From assembly GCA_046296715.1 (NCBI GenBank), contig JBKBIN010000002.1:14011-78010 (forward strand): a stretch of DNA of 64,000 nt, given 5' to 3'. A program made the translations under genes and the position numbers. The notes beneath the pieces are model-generated. The model made no database searches and had not been told where the DNA came from. It worked only from the letters and a program-made list of their open reading frames with translations. Positions 1 through 9,740 of this stretch are shown piece after piece. The stretch is from Candidatus Ratteibacteria bacterium (lineage in GTDB: Bacteria > Ratteibacteria > UBA8468 > B48-G9 > JAFGKM01). The number at the start of each line of letters is the position of its first letter. Within the stretch, counting starts at the first letter, position 1.

Positions 1-693
1 ATAGAACTTTTATTTCTTCTTCAGACAATTTCATTTCTTTTCCTATCATAATCGCATATTTTTTTACATTTTCAGAGTGTCCTTTTAAATATTCATCTTT
101 TTCTTCAAGTACCTTAACAAACATTTTTACAATCCCAACATAAGTATCGCTTAACTCATAATAAATATTCTGTATTGTAATTATTAAAGCAATAAAATTT
201 GAAAGCAATGTATATATTTCTTTTTCTTTTCTTGTGAAATTTTTCACAAATGGATAGTATAAACTAAAAACTCCAATTTTTTTATCTCCAATATTTAGTG
301 GTGAAGAAATAAGAGAGACCATCTTCTTTTCTAATGCAAGAGTTGATTTTATATAAACTTTACTTTTTTCTAAATTTTTTACAGTAAAAAGTTTATTTTT
401 CTGAAAAACAAGTCCTGCAATGCTTTCACCAATCTTAATATTTTTTTTATCCTCAATATATTTTTTACTTGTTCCATAACTTGCTATTAAAGTTAAATTT
501 TTTGTTTTTGGATTGTAAATTCTAATATTTCCTGCTGTAGAACCCATAAATTTTACTGTTTTTTTAAGAATTTGATTTAAAATTTTTGATTTTTCTTGTT
601 TAAGTAAGTTTAAAGTTGCGTATTTTACAATTTCATAGAAAAAGGGGAGAAATTTTTTAGAATGATTATTCTTTAAAGTTTTTATTCCCCTCA
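1..693 (-). CDS. GAF domain plus HD-GYP domain signalling protein (likely c-di-GMP phosphodiesterase); partial, C-terminus beyond window start
   Basis: My translation of the minus strand from ATG at 691-693 gives MRGIKTLKNN... then a GAF-like region (GSTAGNIRIYNPKTKNLTLIASYG...IGESIAGLVFQ), then an HD-GYP start (YLKGHSENVKKYAIMIGKEMKLSEEEIKVL). The frame stays open to position 1. It is absent from the ORF track only because it has no in-window stop. Confidence 0.55.
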
Positions 694-742
694 TAATAGT
701 ATTTTAATATATTCGGGAACACAACACAAATTAATTTAAAGA

Positions 743-2590
743 TTAAAAAGATTGGCAACCATCTACAACTTGACATATATGAAATTCTGGAGTAATACCT
801 GTTTTTTCTTTATAATTTTTACCAACTTTTTTAATATATTCATCAATAAAATCCTTATGTATTAAAGAAATTAAACATCCACCAAAACCACCACCTGTAA
901 TTCTTGTCCCTAATACACCATCAATATTTAATGATTCTTCTCTCATAATTTCAACTTCTTTACAACTTACTTGGTAAAGGTCTCTTAAAGATATATGTGA
1001 TTGATTGAGCAATTTCCCAAGTTCTTTTACATTTCCTTCAATCAAACATTTACTTGCTCTTTCTGTCCTTTCATTTTCACTTATTACATGTAGAACCCTT
1101 TTCCTAACCTTTTCAGGCAATTTATCTTTATATTTTTCAAATTCTTCAATTTTTAGATCAGAGAGGGTCCTTATATCTAAGTAATTTTTCAATATTTTTA
1201 AACCTTCTTCACATTCTGCTCTTCTTTTATTATATTCTCCAGATGCAATTGAATGAGAAACATTTGTTGAAGAGATCAAAAAATAATAATCACCAAGATT
1301 TACAGGTATATACTTAAATTCATAACTACTGCAATCCAAAAGGATAGCATTATCTTTTTTTGCCATAGTTATCACAAACTGATCCATTATTCCACATCTT
1401 GCTCCAACAAACTCATTTTCTGCTTTTTGACATAGAAATGGTATTTTCTCTTTTTCTATGTTTAAATTAAAAATATAATTCAAAGATGTTAATGTTATAA
1501 CTTCAATTGCTCCTGATGAAGAAAGACCTCCTCCGATAGGAATATTACTTTCAAATATAAAATCAAGACCTCCAAAATTATATCCTTCATCTTTCAAAAT
1601 AGATAAAACTCCAATAGGATAATCAGCCCAGGTATTTGTCTTTTTTATATTTTTAATGTCAACTGAAACTATATTATCTTTAAATTGAAGAGATGTAAAA
1701 TTTGCAATATTTTTATTATTTCTTCTTACTGCCAGATATATATATCTATCAACAGCAAAGGGTAAAACAAAACCACCATTATAATCTGTATGTTCTCCTA
1801 TTATATTTACTCTTCCAGGAGCAATAAAAAAAGATGGTTCTTCTCCTTTACCAAAAATCTCTTTTAATTTTTTACTTAGAAGATATAGATTTGCATAGTG
1901 AAATTGATTTATATCTCCTATATCAAACCATTTATCCTGAAAAACAAATCCATATACATCAACTTTTTTATGCAAATACTGGATAAACAGACCTGCCATA
2001 TCTGGATTATTCCCTTCTTTTAAATATTCTTCAAGATATTTTTTTAAAAAACCTTTCGGGAAATAATAAACACAGATAGCAGCATCTTTTGATTTTGGAT
2101 TTTCTGGTTTTTCTTCAAAATAGACAATTTTCCCTTTTTGATCAATTATAACCTGACTATATTTTTTAATTAAATTAATATCCTCTACCCTTTTAACTCC
2201 AATAGTTATTCCTTTTTGCCTCCCATAGTTAACAAAATCATCTAAATTAAATTCAAAAAGATTATCACCTGCTATTATTAAAAATTCATCATCTTCAGTT
2301 TTTTCAACTACAAATTTTATATCTCCTATTGCTCCTAATCTCTCTTTATCTGAATTTGAACCATCGTTTAAAATGACTATATTTTCCTTATTTTTTGCCC
2401 AGATTTGAAAATCGTTAAAAAACTTATTATTTGTAACAACAAATATTTTATCTATTGGCAATCTTTTAAGTTTTTCAATTATATGGTCAATCATAGGAAT
2501 ACCTGATATCTGTAAGAGATTTTTTGACTTTACAAGTGTTAAAGGATACATCCTTGTAGCATAACCAGCACATAAAATTATCACTTTCAT
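743..2590 (-). CDS. Bifunctional sugar-1-phosphate nucleotidyltransferase (N-terminal) / galactokinase-like GHMP sugar kinase (C-terminal)
   Basis: The N-terminus is MKVIILCAGYATRMYPLT (G-x-G-T-R-x-x-P-x-T nucleotidyltransferase motif). The middle carries GRVNIIGEHTDYNGGFVLPFA (galactokinase signature) and PIGGGLSSSGAIEV (GHMP ATP-binding motif). The C-terminal GHMP motif TGGGFGGC is present. Confidence 0.7.
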   Translation of the reverse strand: MKVIILCAGYATRMYPLTLVKSKNLLQISGIPMIDHIIEKLKRLPIDKIFVVTNNKFFNDFQIWAKNKENIVILNDGSNSDKERLGAIGDIKFVVEKTEDDEFLIIAGDNLFEFNLDDFVNYGRQKGITIGVKRVEDINLIKKYSQVIIDQKGKIVYFEEKPENPKSKDAAICVYYFPKGFLKKYLEEYLKEGNNPDMAGLFIQYLHKKVDVYGFVFQDKWFDIGDINQFHYANLYLLSKKLKEIFGKGEEPSFFIAPGRVNIIGEHTDYNGGFVLPFAVDRYIYLAVRRNNKNIANFTSLQFKDNIVSVDIKNIKKTNTWADYPIGVLSILKDEGYNFGGLDFIFESNIPIGGGLSSSGAIEVITLTSLNYIFNLNIEKEKIPFLCQKAENEFVGARCGIMDQFVITMAKKDNAILLDCSSYEFKYIPVNLGDYYFLISSTNVSHSIASGEYNKRRAECEEGLKILKNYLDIRTLSDLKIEEFEKYKDKLPEKVRKRVLHVISENERTERASKCLIEGNVKELGKLLNQSHISLRDLYQVSCKEVEIMREESLNIDGVLGTRITGGGFGGCLISLIHKDFIDEYIKKVGKNYKEKTGITPEFHICQVVDGCQSF

Positions 2591-2592
2591 AT

Positions 2593-3504
2593 TTACTCCT
2601 CTTTATAATTTTTACCCTGATATATATTCTTCTCTTCCATTTTTTTTTCAATTAATTTTAACATTTTTTGTTTTTCAAGCAACCAATCTGGCGCAACAAG
2701 AAATTTCCTATCACAATCAGCAGTCAATCTTTGAATAACTGTTTCTGGGTATAAATAAGAAAGAAAATCACAAAGCACATCAACATATTCTTCCATTTCC
2801 ATAACTTTAAATCTCTTTTCTTTATACCACCTTTCAAGTTCTGTGTCCTTTAATATATGAATTGGATGGATCTTTATTCCATCAACCTTTAATCTTCCGC
2901 ATTCTTTACCTGTTTGGAGTATCTCTTCTTTTATTTCACCTGGTAATCCAATTATTACATGAACACATATTTTTATATTTCTTTTTCTTGTTAAATTGTA
3001 AGCATTCAAAAAATCTGAGTAAGTATGGTTTCTATTTATAATCTTTAATGTTTTATTATGAATACTCTGTAGTCCATATTCAATCCAAACCTCATACTTT
3101 TCACTATAACTCTCAATCAAATTTAATTTTTCCTCATCTATACAATCAGGTCTTGTCCCAATTGAAATACCAACAACTTCAGGGAATTTCTTAACAATAT
3201 CATACTTTTCTTTTAAAATTTCACAAGGTGCATATGTGTTTGAATAGGGCTGGAAATATACAATAAATTTTTCTGCCTTAAACCTCTTTTTTCCATATTC
3301 AATCCCTCTTTCTATTTGCTTTTCAATTTCTAAATTTTCCCTTAAACAGGGACTGAATGCATAGTTATTACAATAAATACATCCTTTTTTACTCAAAGTT
3401 CCATCAAGATTTGGACAAAAAAAACCAGCATTAACAGAAATCTTATGAACTCTACATCCAAATTTCTCCTTTAAATAATCCGAAAATTTCCTATAAAGCC
3501 CCAT
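2593..3504 (-). CDS. Radical SAM protein, TIGR01212 (YhcC-like) family
   Basis: FFCPNLDGTLSKKGCIYCN matches the TIGR01212 radical SAM N-terminal Cys motif. Size of about 300 aa fits. The stop is 3 nt from the upstream gene's start. Confidence 0.6.
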   Translation of the reverse strand: MGLYRKFSDYLKEKFGCRVHKISVNAGFFCPNLDGTLSKKGCIYCNNYAFSPCLRENLEIEKQIERGIEYGKKRFKAEKFIVYFQPYSNTYAPCEILKEKYDIVKKFPEVVGISIGTRPDCIDEEKLNLIESYSEKYEVWIEYGLQSIHNKTLKIINRNHTYSDFLNAYNLTRKRNIKICVHVIIGLPGEIKEEILQTGKECGRLKVDGIKIHPIHILKDTELERWYKEKRFKVMEMEEYVDVLCDFLSYLYPETVIQRLTADCDRKFLVAPDWLLEKQKMLKLIEKKMEEKNIYQGKNYKEE

Positions 3505-3576
3505 TTATTTATTTTACATTAAAATTTTTAAGAAATGGAATGAGGAATTTTTGTGAGTGGACTAATCTTTAATAAA

Positions 3577-5190
3577 TCAAATCCCATCAAATTCAAATTC
3601 TGTTTCTGCAGTCCATTTTGCTCCCCAACCAGGTTCAAAATCCAATGTATTAACTGAACATATAGATTTATTCTTTGAAAACTCCAAAACATTACCCATG
3701 CCTCTATCTTGTATCTGAAAACTCAATTTTATCCTTTTATTTTTAAATGGATTTACTTCTGAAATTTCTCTCCATGGAATAGAAAACTCATAAATATAAC
3801 CATTTTCATCTACTTTTATAAAAACTGAAGAATTTTCAACTTTGCATTTCTCTGATAAAAATTTATAATCAATTGGAAGTGGATGTATATAATAGAAATC
3901 AGGTGTTCTTACTCTCATTATTTCACCATTATTTTGGTTTGTTGGATAAATTAAATATTGATACTGAGCATTCAAATAATGACCAAATCTATAAAGTAGT
4001 GAATCGGGTGGAAATACTTCATATTTTTTATTCCATTTTTTCCTTTCAGTAATTCCAAGAGAAATTTTAACCATATCTCCTGTTGCTCCTGGAATAGGTC
4101 CTGGCTCAACATATATATAATCTGCTGGAGGATTCTGAAATTTATGAAGATTTTTTCCTGAAAGTAAAGATGGTAATATATCTTTTGTTTTATCCTTTAC
4201 TCTTATAAGTCCATATAAAAATTCATCATCATATGCAAAACTAACTTCTGCTGAAAAATCAGGCATAGATTCAACAAATTTTTCCCATGGATACCATGCT
4301 TTCAATGTCAAATCTTCATATTTTTCTTCTTTTGTAAGTATTATTGTTTTGGAATTCAATTTTTCCCAATCATCTATTTTGCCATCAACCTTTATTTTCC
4401 CTTTCTTTATTATACAAAACACCAAATTCTCTTTTAATTTTGCTATCCCTTTATCTGTATTTACTAATATTTCACTCGGATAATTATTTAAAGTGTCTTT
4501 TACCTTTAAAATATTAAAAACAAACTTATTTTTCTCAATCGGTCCTAATTCTATATCAATACTCTCTTTCTCAAATTCAATTTTTTCACATTTTACATTT
4601 AAACTACCTTTTATTTTAACTGGATAGGTATTTTTAAGTTCTATTATGAGTTTATTATCTCTACCAATTTGAAAAACTTTAATCTCAACTGGAGTAAGTT
4701 TTTCATAATATGCTTTTGACATTATTTCTTTAAATTTCTCAAAATTTAATTTTGTTGTTATATACTTTGGATTTTTATTAACTGGTATGTAAATTTTTTT
4801 AAATCTTCTCTCAATTTTAACTTCATTTCCATATAGGTCATAAACTTTTAAATCAGGTATATCCTCAATTATCATAATAGGTCTATCATCATAAAATTGT
4901 CCCCAGAAAACATATTTTCTCCAATTATATACACCACATAAAGAAGTAGATACAACTGCACAATTTTCATCTTCTCCTTCAAATAATAAAACAAAAGGAG
5001 GTCTTTCAGGATGGGCAAATCCTTTATATTCCTTATTATTTAAAAATCTTGAAAAAGCACTTGTCCATGAGGAAGTTGTATTTGGAAAACCATTTTTGTC
5101 AAATATTAAAGGTGTAACAAAAGGAGAAACTTTTTTCACGCCAAGAGCAATTTCATTTAAAAGATTTCTAACAGTTGCACTATCTCCCAT
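3577..5190 (-). CDS. Hypothetical protein with C-terminal CBM9-like (carbohydrate-binding family 9 / DOMON-like) segment
   Basis: 537 aa ORF. The segment VSFAYDDEFLYGLIRVKDKT resembles the CBM9-like hallmark (AWDDENLY.AV.V.D). No other recognisable motif. The frame stays open about 28 codons upstream of the ATG without another start. Confidence 0.35.
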   Translation of the reverse strand: MGDSATVRNLLNEIALGVKKVSPFVTPLIFDKNGFPNTTSSWTSAFSRFLNNKEYKGFAHPERPPFVLLFEGEDENCAVVSTSLCGVYNWRKYVFWGQFYDDRPIMIIEDIPDLKVYDLYGNEVKIERRFKKIYIPVNKNPKYITTKLNFEKFKEIMSKAYYEKLTPVEIKVFQIGRDNKLIIELKNTYPVKIKGSLNVKCEKIEFEKESIDIELGPIEKNKFVFNILKVKDTLNNYPSEILVNTDKGIAKLKENLVFCIIKKGKIKVDGKIDDWEKLNSKTIILTKEEKYEDLTLKAWYPWEKFVESMPDFSAEVSFAYDDEFLYGLIRVKDKTKDILPSLLSGKNLHKFQNPPADYIYVEPGPIPGATGDMVKISLGITERKKWNKKYEVFPPDSLLYRFGHYLNAQYQYLIYPTNQNNGEIMRVRTPDFYYIHPLPIDYKFLSEKCKVENSSVFIKVDENGYIYEFSIPWREISEVNPFKNKRIKLSFQIQDRGMGNVLEFSKNKSICSVNTLDFEPGWGAKWTAETEFEFDGI

Positions 5191-5240
5191 CCAAGTTATC
5201 CATGTTTCTGTATCCCATACTTCTTTTTTATAATAATTTG

Positions 5241-5786
5241 CTAAAGATGGTGAATAACATCCTTGAACTCTATTTTAGGTATATGATAAATCCTTTCAAT
5301 TTTCCCTTTTGGATTTATTCTTAAAATCCTATCTCTATTCTGATCAAGTGCATAAAAATCACCACTTTCTCCTGCTTCAACATGTCCAGGAGAATCCCAA
5401 CCCACTGTATCATTTACTAAAAAATCAGGAATTTCATACAATTTTTTAAAATTTTTATCATATATAGTAATACAATGTCTAAAATGTGCACTTGCCTCTG
5501 CTATAAAACCTTCGGAATTAGCAGTTACATTTACACTACCTCCATATCCAACATTTATACCTAATTTTTCACTTCCATCTCTATTTACTCTATAAATAAA
5601 ACCATCCCATTTTTCCGAAATAGAATTAAAAAAATAGATATTTCCATCCTTTCCTATTGTAAACGATGTATTTCTAATATTAAAAAATGGATGTTCCCGA
5701 GATATTATTTTTTCAATAGAATAAGAAAAAACAAAAGATGGGAAAAACAGAGAAATAAAAAAAATCATATTTTTAACTTTTTTCAC
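5241..5786 (-). CDS. Secreted beta-propeller-repeat protein (short; NHL/SGL-like repeats)
   Basis: Repeats GKDGNIYFFN, NRDGSEKLGIN and ESGDFYALDQNRDRILRIN. The likely start is GTG at 5784-5786, preceded by AGAAGGAGAG 5 nt upstream, giving signal peptide MKKVKNMIFFISLFFPSFVFS. The track's 5858 start has no SD. Confidence 0.4.
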   Translation of the reverse strand: MKKVKNMIFFISLFFPSFVFSYSIEKIISREHPFFNIRNTSFTIGKDGNIYFFNSISEKWDGFIYRVNRDGSEKLGINVGYGGSVNVTANSEGFIAEASAHFRHCITIYDKNFKKLYEIPDFLVNDTVGWDSPGHVEAGESGDFYALDQNRDRILRINPKGKIERIYHIPKIEFKDVIHHL

Positions 5787-5902
5787 TTTTACTCTCCTTC
5801 TCATTTTCAATACTAATTTTATAACAATACAAAATTTTGTCAATACATATTTTAACATAATAAATACTTAAAAAATACATATAAAAGAGAACTTAAAAAA
5901 TT

Positions 5903-5931
5903 TTGACAATGGGATATTTATGTGATAAATT
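5903..5931 (+). promoter_or_regulatory. Sigma70-like promoter (TTGACA-17-TAAATT) upstream of the DUF4139 triple-gene array
   Basis: TTGACA at 5903-5908, a 17-nt spacer, TAAATT at 5926-5931. A strong SD (AAAGGAGGGGG) precedes the ATG at 5950. Confidence 0.3.
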
Positions 5932-5949
5932 GTTTAAAAAGGAGGGGGA

Positions 5950-7320
5950 ATGAAAAAGATATTTTTATTTTTTATTTTTATAGGGATAATTTTTGCTCAA
6001 AGTAAGAAGGATGTAAAACTTGTAATATATAATCAGAATTTTGCTTTATGCAATGAAATAAGAAATGTTGAATTAAAGGAAGGAAAAAACGAAGTTATAT
6101 TTACAGATATTCCAAAATTTATAGAGCCTTCAAGTATTCAGATAATCCCTTTGTCTCCATATAAATTTTCTGTAATTGAACAAAGTTTCAATTATGATGT
6201 TTATACTTCTGATAAATTATTTTCAAAAAATATTGGAGAAAAGATTAGTATCATAACGAAAGATGGACAACTTTATACAGGAATTCTCATATTTTATGAA
6301 CAGGGAAATATAGGGATAGAAACAAAAGACAAAATAGTCGTGATAAATAAGGAAAATTTAAAAGAAGTAAGTTTAGCAAAAAATCAAACTTTTGCATATA
6401 AACCAGAGATGAGATTTCTTATACAGTGTGATAAGAAGGATATTTACAATGTCCTTATTAAATATACAACTTTAAATATAAACTGGAAAGCAGATTATAT
6501 TGGTGAGTATAATGAAGAAACAAATAATCTAAATATTGTTGGTTATATTACAGTAGACAATAAAACTGGAATTGACTATGAAAATGCATCTTTAGAACTT
6601 ATTGCTGGAGAAGTTAAAAAACTTGTTGAATACGATGTAAGAAAAATGCCCGAGTTTGGGGTTGCTGAAGCTTTTAGTAGAGATAAAATGCAAGTTCCTT
6701 ATTTTGAAGAAACACCAACTTTTGAATATCACAGATATAGATTAAAAGGAAAAACAGATATAAAAGATGGAGAAGTAAAACAGATCAATTTTATAACAAG
6801 GAATGATATAAATGTTGAAAAAAAATATGTTTATGATGGAGCAATTACAAAATACTATCATTATGAGAATTGGAGGAATTTAAAATTTAATGAAAAAGTT
6901 GAAGTTATAATTGAATTTAAAAATGAAAAAGAAGTATTACCAGCAGGAAAAATGAAAATATTTAAGAATGAAAAAGATGGGACTATTTTTATAGGTGAAA
7001 ATAGAATTAGCCATACACCTATAGATGAAAAAATTAAACTTTCTCTTGGTAATGCATTTGATATTAAAGGAGAAAGAAAGATTTTAAATCATGAAAGAAT
7101 AAGTCAGCAGGTTTACAAGGATACATATGAAATTAAAATTAAAAATTATAAGAAAGAAGATATCGTTGTTGATGTCATTGAACATTTATACAGTAACTGG
7201 GAGATAACTGAAAAAACACATGATTATGAAAAAATTGATGCCTTTACAATAAAATTCCCTTTGAAAGTTAAAGGAAATAGTGAAGAAACAATAAAATACA
7301 CAGTAATAACAAGATTTTAA
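5950..7320 (+). CDS. Secreted DUF4140/DUF4139 (MuiA mucoidy-inhibitor-like) family protein, paralog 1
   Basis: Signal peptide MKKIFLFFIFIGIIFA. N-terminal block VKLVIYNQNFALCNEIRNVELKEGKNEVIFTDIPKFIEPSSIQIIP matches the family pattern (tVY.dgAlVtR...l..G...l.f.glp..ldp.Slrv). The C-terminal block is shared with the two downstream genes. Confidence 0.5.
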   Translation: MKKIFLFFIFIGIIFAQSKKDVKLVIYNQNFALCNEIRNVELKEGKNEVIFTDIPKFIEPSSIQIIPLSPYKFSVIEQSFNYDVYTSDKLFSKNIGEKISIITKDGQLYTGILIFYEQGNIGIETKDKIVVINKENLKEVSLAKNQTFAYKPEMRFLIQCDKKDIYNVLIKYTTLNINWKADYIGEYNEETNNLNIVGYITVDNKTGIDYENASLELIAGEVKKLVEYDVRKMPEFGVAEAFSRDKMQVPYFEETPTFEYHRYRLKGKTDIKDGEVKQINFITRNDINVEKKYVYDGAITKYYHYENWRNLKFNEKVEVIIEFKNEKEVLPAGKMKIFKNEKDGTIFIGENRISHTPIDEKIKLSLGNAFDIKGERKILNHERISQQVYKDTYEIKIKNYKKEDIVVDVIEHLYSNWEITEKTHDYEKIDAFTIKFPLKVKGNSEETIKYTVITRF

Positions 7321-7331
7321 AGGAGAAAAAA

Positions 7332-8441
7332 ATGAAAAAGATTTTTATATTTTTGTTTTTGCCTTATATTTTAATCTATTCAAGAACAAAACTCGTTGCT
7401 CTTCCTGATAGAGAAATTTCTTATATAAGATTTGATACTCCATTTACTGCTTTTGTTGAAGAAGAAAGAATATTAACTTTACAAAAAGGTATAAATCAGG
7501 TTGACTTTTCTTGGAAAGGAGTAAATATTGACCAGGACTCAATAACCCTTACTTTTCTTACGAATAAAGACAAATTGAAACTTTTAAGTTTAAGTTATCC
7601 TCCTGAAGGAAATTCTTTAATTTGGGAAATTTTTAGCCCTGAAGGTGGGGAAGAAAAAATAAGAATATCATATTTACTTTTAAATATAGATTCTTTGTAT
7701 ACATATAAAATTGTTGTTGATAAAAATGAGGAAAGTATAAATTTTTCTGTCTTCCTTATAATAAGAAATTTTTCAGGAGAGGATTTTGAAAGAGGGATTA
7801 TTACACCTGAATTTGGAAAAACGATTGAAACTTCAACGAAAAATGAGGAGACAAAACAGATATTAATTTATCAAAAAGATGGAATAGAATTTGAAAAGGT
7901 CTTTGTTTTTGATGCCTCAAAAATGATATGGGATCCAGAAACATCAAGAGAGAATGTTGGTATTCCTGTTTATATAGAGATAAAAAATAAAAAAGAAAGT
8001 GGTCTTGGTGAATTCCCAATACTTTCAGGAAAAACAAGAATTTTTCAAACCGATAAGACAGGTAGTTCAATTTTTCTTGGAGAGGATAATTTAAAATATA
8101 CACAGATTGGAGAAAATGCTCGTCTTTATTTTGGTGATAGTAGAGATATAGTAGTAAAACAGAAAAAAATGAAAGAAACAAGAATAAATGTGAGGAAAAA
8201 TAATTCTGGTGTTATAGTTCTTTATGATACTGATGAGATTATGAAAATAGAGATAGAAAACTTCAAAGATAAAAGTGCCAAACTTGAAATCCTTGAATAT
8301 ATACCTGATGAATGGGATATGGAAGAAAGCACTCATAAATATGAAAAGATTGATACAAATAATATAAAATTTTTAATTGAATTAAAGCCGAAAAGTAAAG
8401 AAATAGTTGAATTCCATTATCATAGGAGGAATTTGAAATGA
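7332..8441 (+). CDS. Secreted DUF4140/DUF4139 (MuiA-like) family protein, paralog 2
   Basis: SD AAGGAG before the ATG. Signal peptide. TKLVALPDREISYIRF...ILTLQKGINQVDFSWKGVNIDQDSITLTFL is parallel to paralogs 1 and 3. C-terminal KYEKIDTNNIKFLIELKPKSKEIVEFHY. Confidence 0.5.
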   Translation: MKKIFIFLFLPYILIYSRTKLVALPDREISYIRFDTPFTAFVEEERILTLQKGINQVDFSWKGVNIDQDSITLTFLTNKDKLKLLSLSYPPEGNSLIWEIFSPEGGEEKIRISYLLLNIDSLYTYKIVVDKNEESINFSVFLIIRNFSGEDFERGIITPEFGKTIETSTKNEETKQILIYQKDGIEFEKVFVFDASKMIWDPETSRENVGIPVYIEIKNKKESGLGEFPILSGKTRIFQTDKTGSSIFLGEDNLKYTQIGENARLYFGDSRDIVVKQKKMKETRINVRKNNSGVIVLYDTDEIMKIEIENFKDKSAKLEILEYIPDEWDMEESTHKYEKIDTNNIKFLIELKPKSKEIVEFHYHRRNLK

Positions 8442-9736
8442 AAAAAAAGATATTATTAATTCTTATTTTTTCTACAATAATTTTTGCTAAAGTTGATATT
8501 GTTACTTTACCTTCAAGAGAAAAGGTTCAACTTACAATTTATAATTCTGCTGATTTAACACTTGTAAGAGATGAAAGAATTTTAACTTTAAAAAAGGGAG
8601 AAAACAGTTTACAGTTTTCATGGGCAAATACTTTAATAGACCCTACTTCTCTTGAATTATTACCAAAACAGGAAATAACTCAAATCAATATTTCTCAATT
8701 AATCTTTCCTCCACGAGTTAATGAACTTGGAATATGGAAAATTGATTCAAAAATTTCAAAAAAAGTTCCTTTTGAAATCTCATATTTTACATCTGGAATT
8801 TCATGGGATGCATTCTATATAGGAATTGTTTCTAATGATGAAAAAAGTATGGAACTTAATGGCTATGTTAAAGTTATAAATAGAAGTGGCGAAGATTATG
8901 AAAATGCATCTGTTCGTCTTGTTGTCGGAAAAATAAATTTACTTGACCAGATAAGAATTCTTGCTCAAAGATTCCCACCATATGGAAAGCCTGGATATCT
9001 TCCACCAGTACCAGTTGATAAAGAAAAATTTGAAATGTTTAAAGCAGCAAGAGCAGTTTTAGCAGAAGCAAAAGAAAAAGAAATAATAAAAGAAGGAATA
9101 TCTGAATATTTTTTATATACAATTGAAGGAACAGAAAATTTACCTGATAAATGGTCAAAAAGATTACTATCCTTTTCTCAAAAAAATATACCAATTGAGT
9201 TTTTTTACAAATATGATGAGGAAAAATATGGGGAAAAAGTGAAAAGATTTATAAAATTTGCCAATGATCAAAATTATAAACTTGGTAAAGAACCATTACC
9301 TGATGGAACAATTAAGATTTTTAAGTATATGAATAATGAAGGAAATTTATCTTATATTGGTTCGGATAAAACAAAATATATTCCAGTAGGAGAAAAAGTT
9401 GAACTTGACCTTGGAGAGAGTAAAGAAATAAAGGTTGATGTTAAATTAATTGATAAGAAAACAAAAAATTATATGTTCAACAAAGATGGAAATATTTCTG
9501 GTTGGGAAGAAGAGAAGATATATAAGATAAAGATTGTGAATTATAAAAATTTACCTATAAAAGTTGAGATAAAAAGAAATTTCCCTCATCAGTACTGGAA
9601 AATAGATATTGATAAGAATATTCAATGGGAAAAATATGACTTAAATAGTGTAAAGTTCTCATTAAATTTAACACCTTTTGAAATAAAAGAATTTATTTAC
9701 AAATTAACACTTTTTGAAGGCGACAGAAGATACTAA
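8438..9736 (+). CDS. Secreted DUF4140/DUF4139 (MuiA-like) family protein, paralog 3
   Basis: ATGA overlap with paralog 2. SD GGAGG. VDIVTLPSREKVQLTIYNSADLTLVRDERILTLKKGENSLQFSWANTLIDPTSLELLP is nearly identical in pattern to paralog 2. The conserved C-terminal block is present. Confidence 0.5.
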   Translation: MKKKILLILIFSTIIFAKVDIVTLPSREKVQLTIYNSADLTLVRDERILTLKKGENSLQFSWANTLIDPTSLELLPKQEITQINISQLIFPPRVNELGIWKIDSKISKKVPFEISYFTSGISWDAFYIGIVSNDEKSMELNGYVKVINRSGEDYENASVRLVVGKINLLDQIRILAQRFPPYGKPGYLPPVPVDKEKFEMFKAARAVLAEAKEKEIIKEGISEYFLYTIEGTENLPDKWSKRLLSFSQKNIPIEFFYKYDEEKYGEKVKRFIKFANDQNYKLGKEPLPDGTIKIFKYMNNEGNLSYIGSDKTKYIPVGEKVELDLGESKEIKVDVKLIDKKTKNYMFNKDGNISGWEEEKIYKIKIVNYKNLPIKVEIKRNFPHQYWKIDIDKNIQWEKYDLNSVKFSLNLTPFEIKEFIYKLTLFEGDRRY

Positions 9737-9740
9737 CCCT

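Noticed and set aside
7801-8336. Minus-strand ORFs 7801..8181 and 8091..8336 inside DUF4139 paralog 2
   Set aside because: They are antisense to a well-supported CDS. The translations are low-complexity (F/L/Y/H-rich), typical of reading an AT-rich gene backwards, and there is no RBS.
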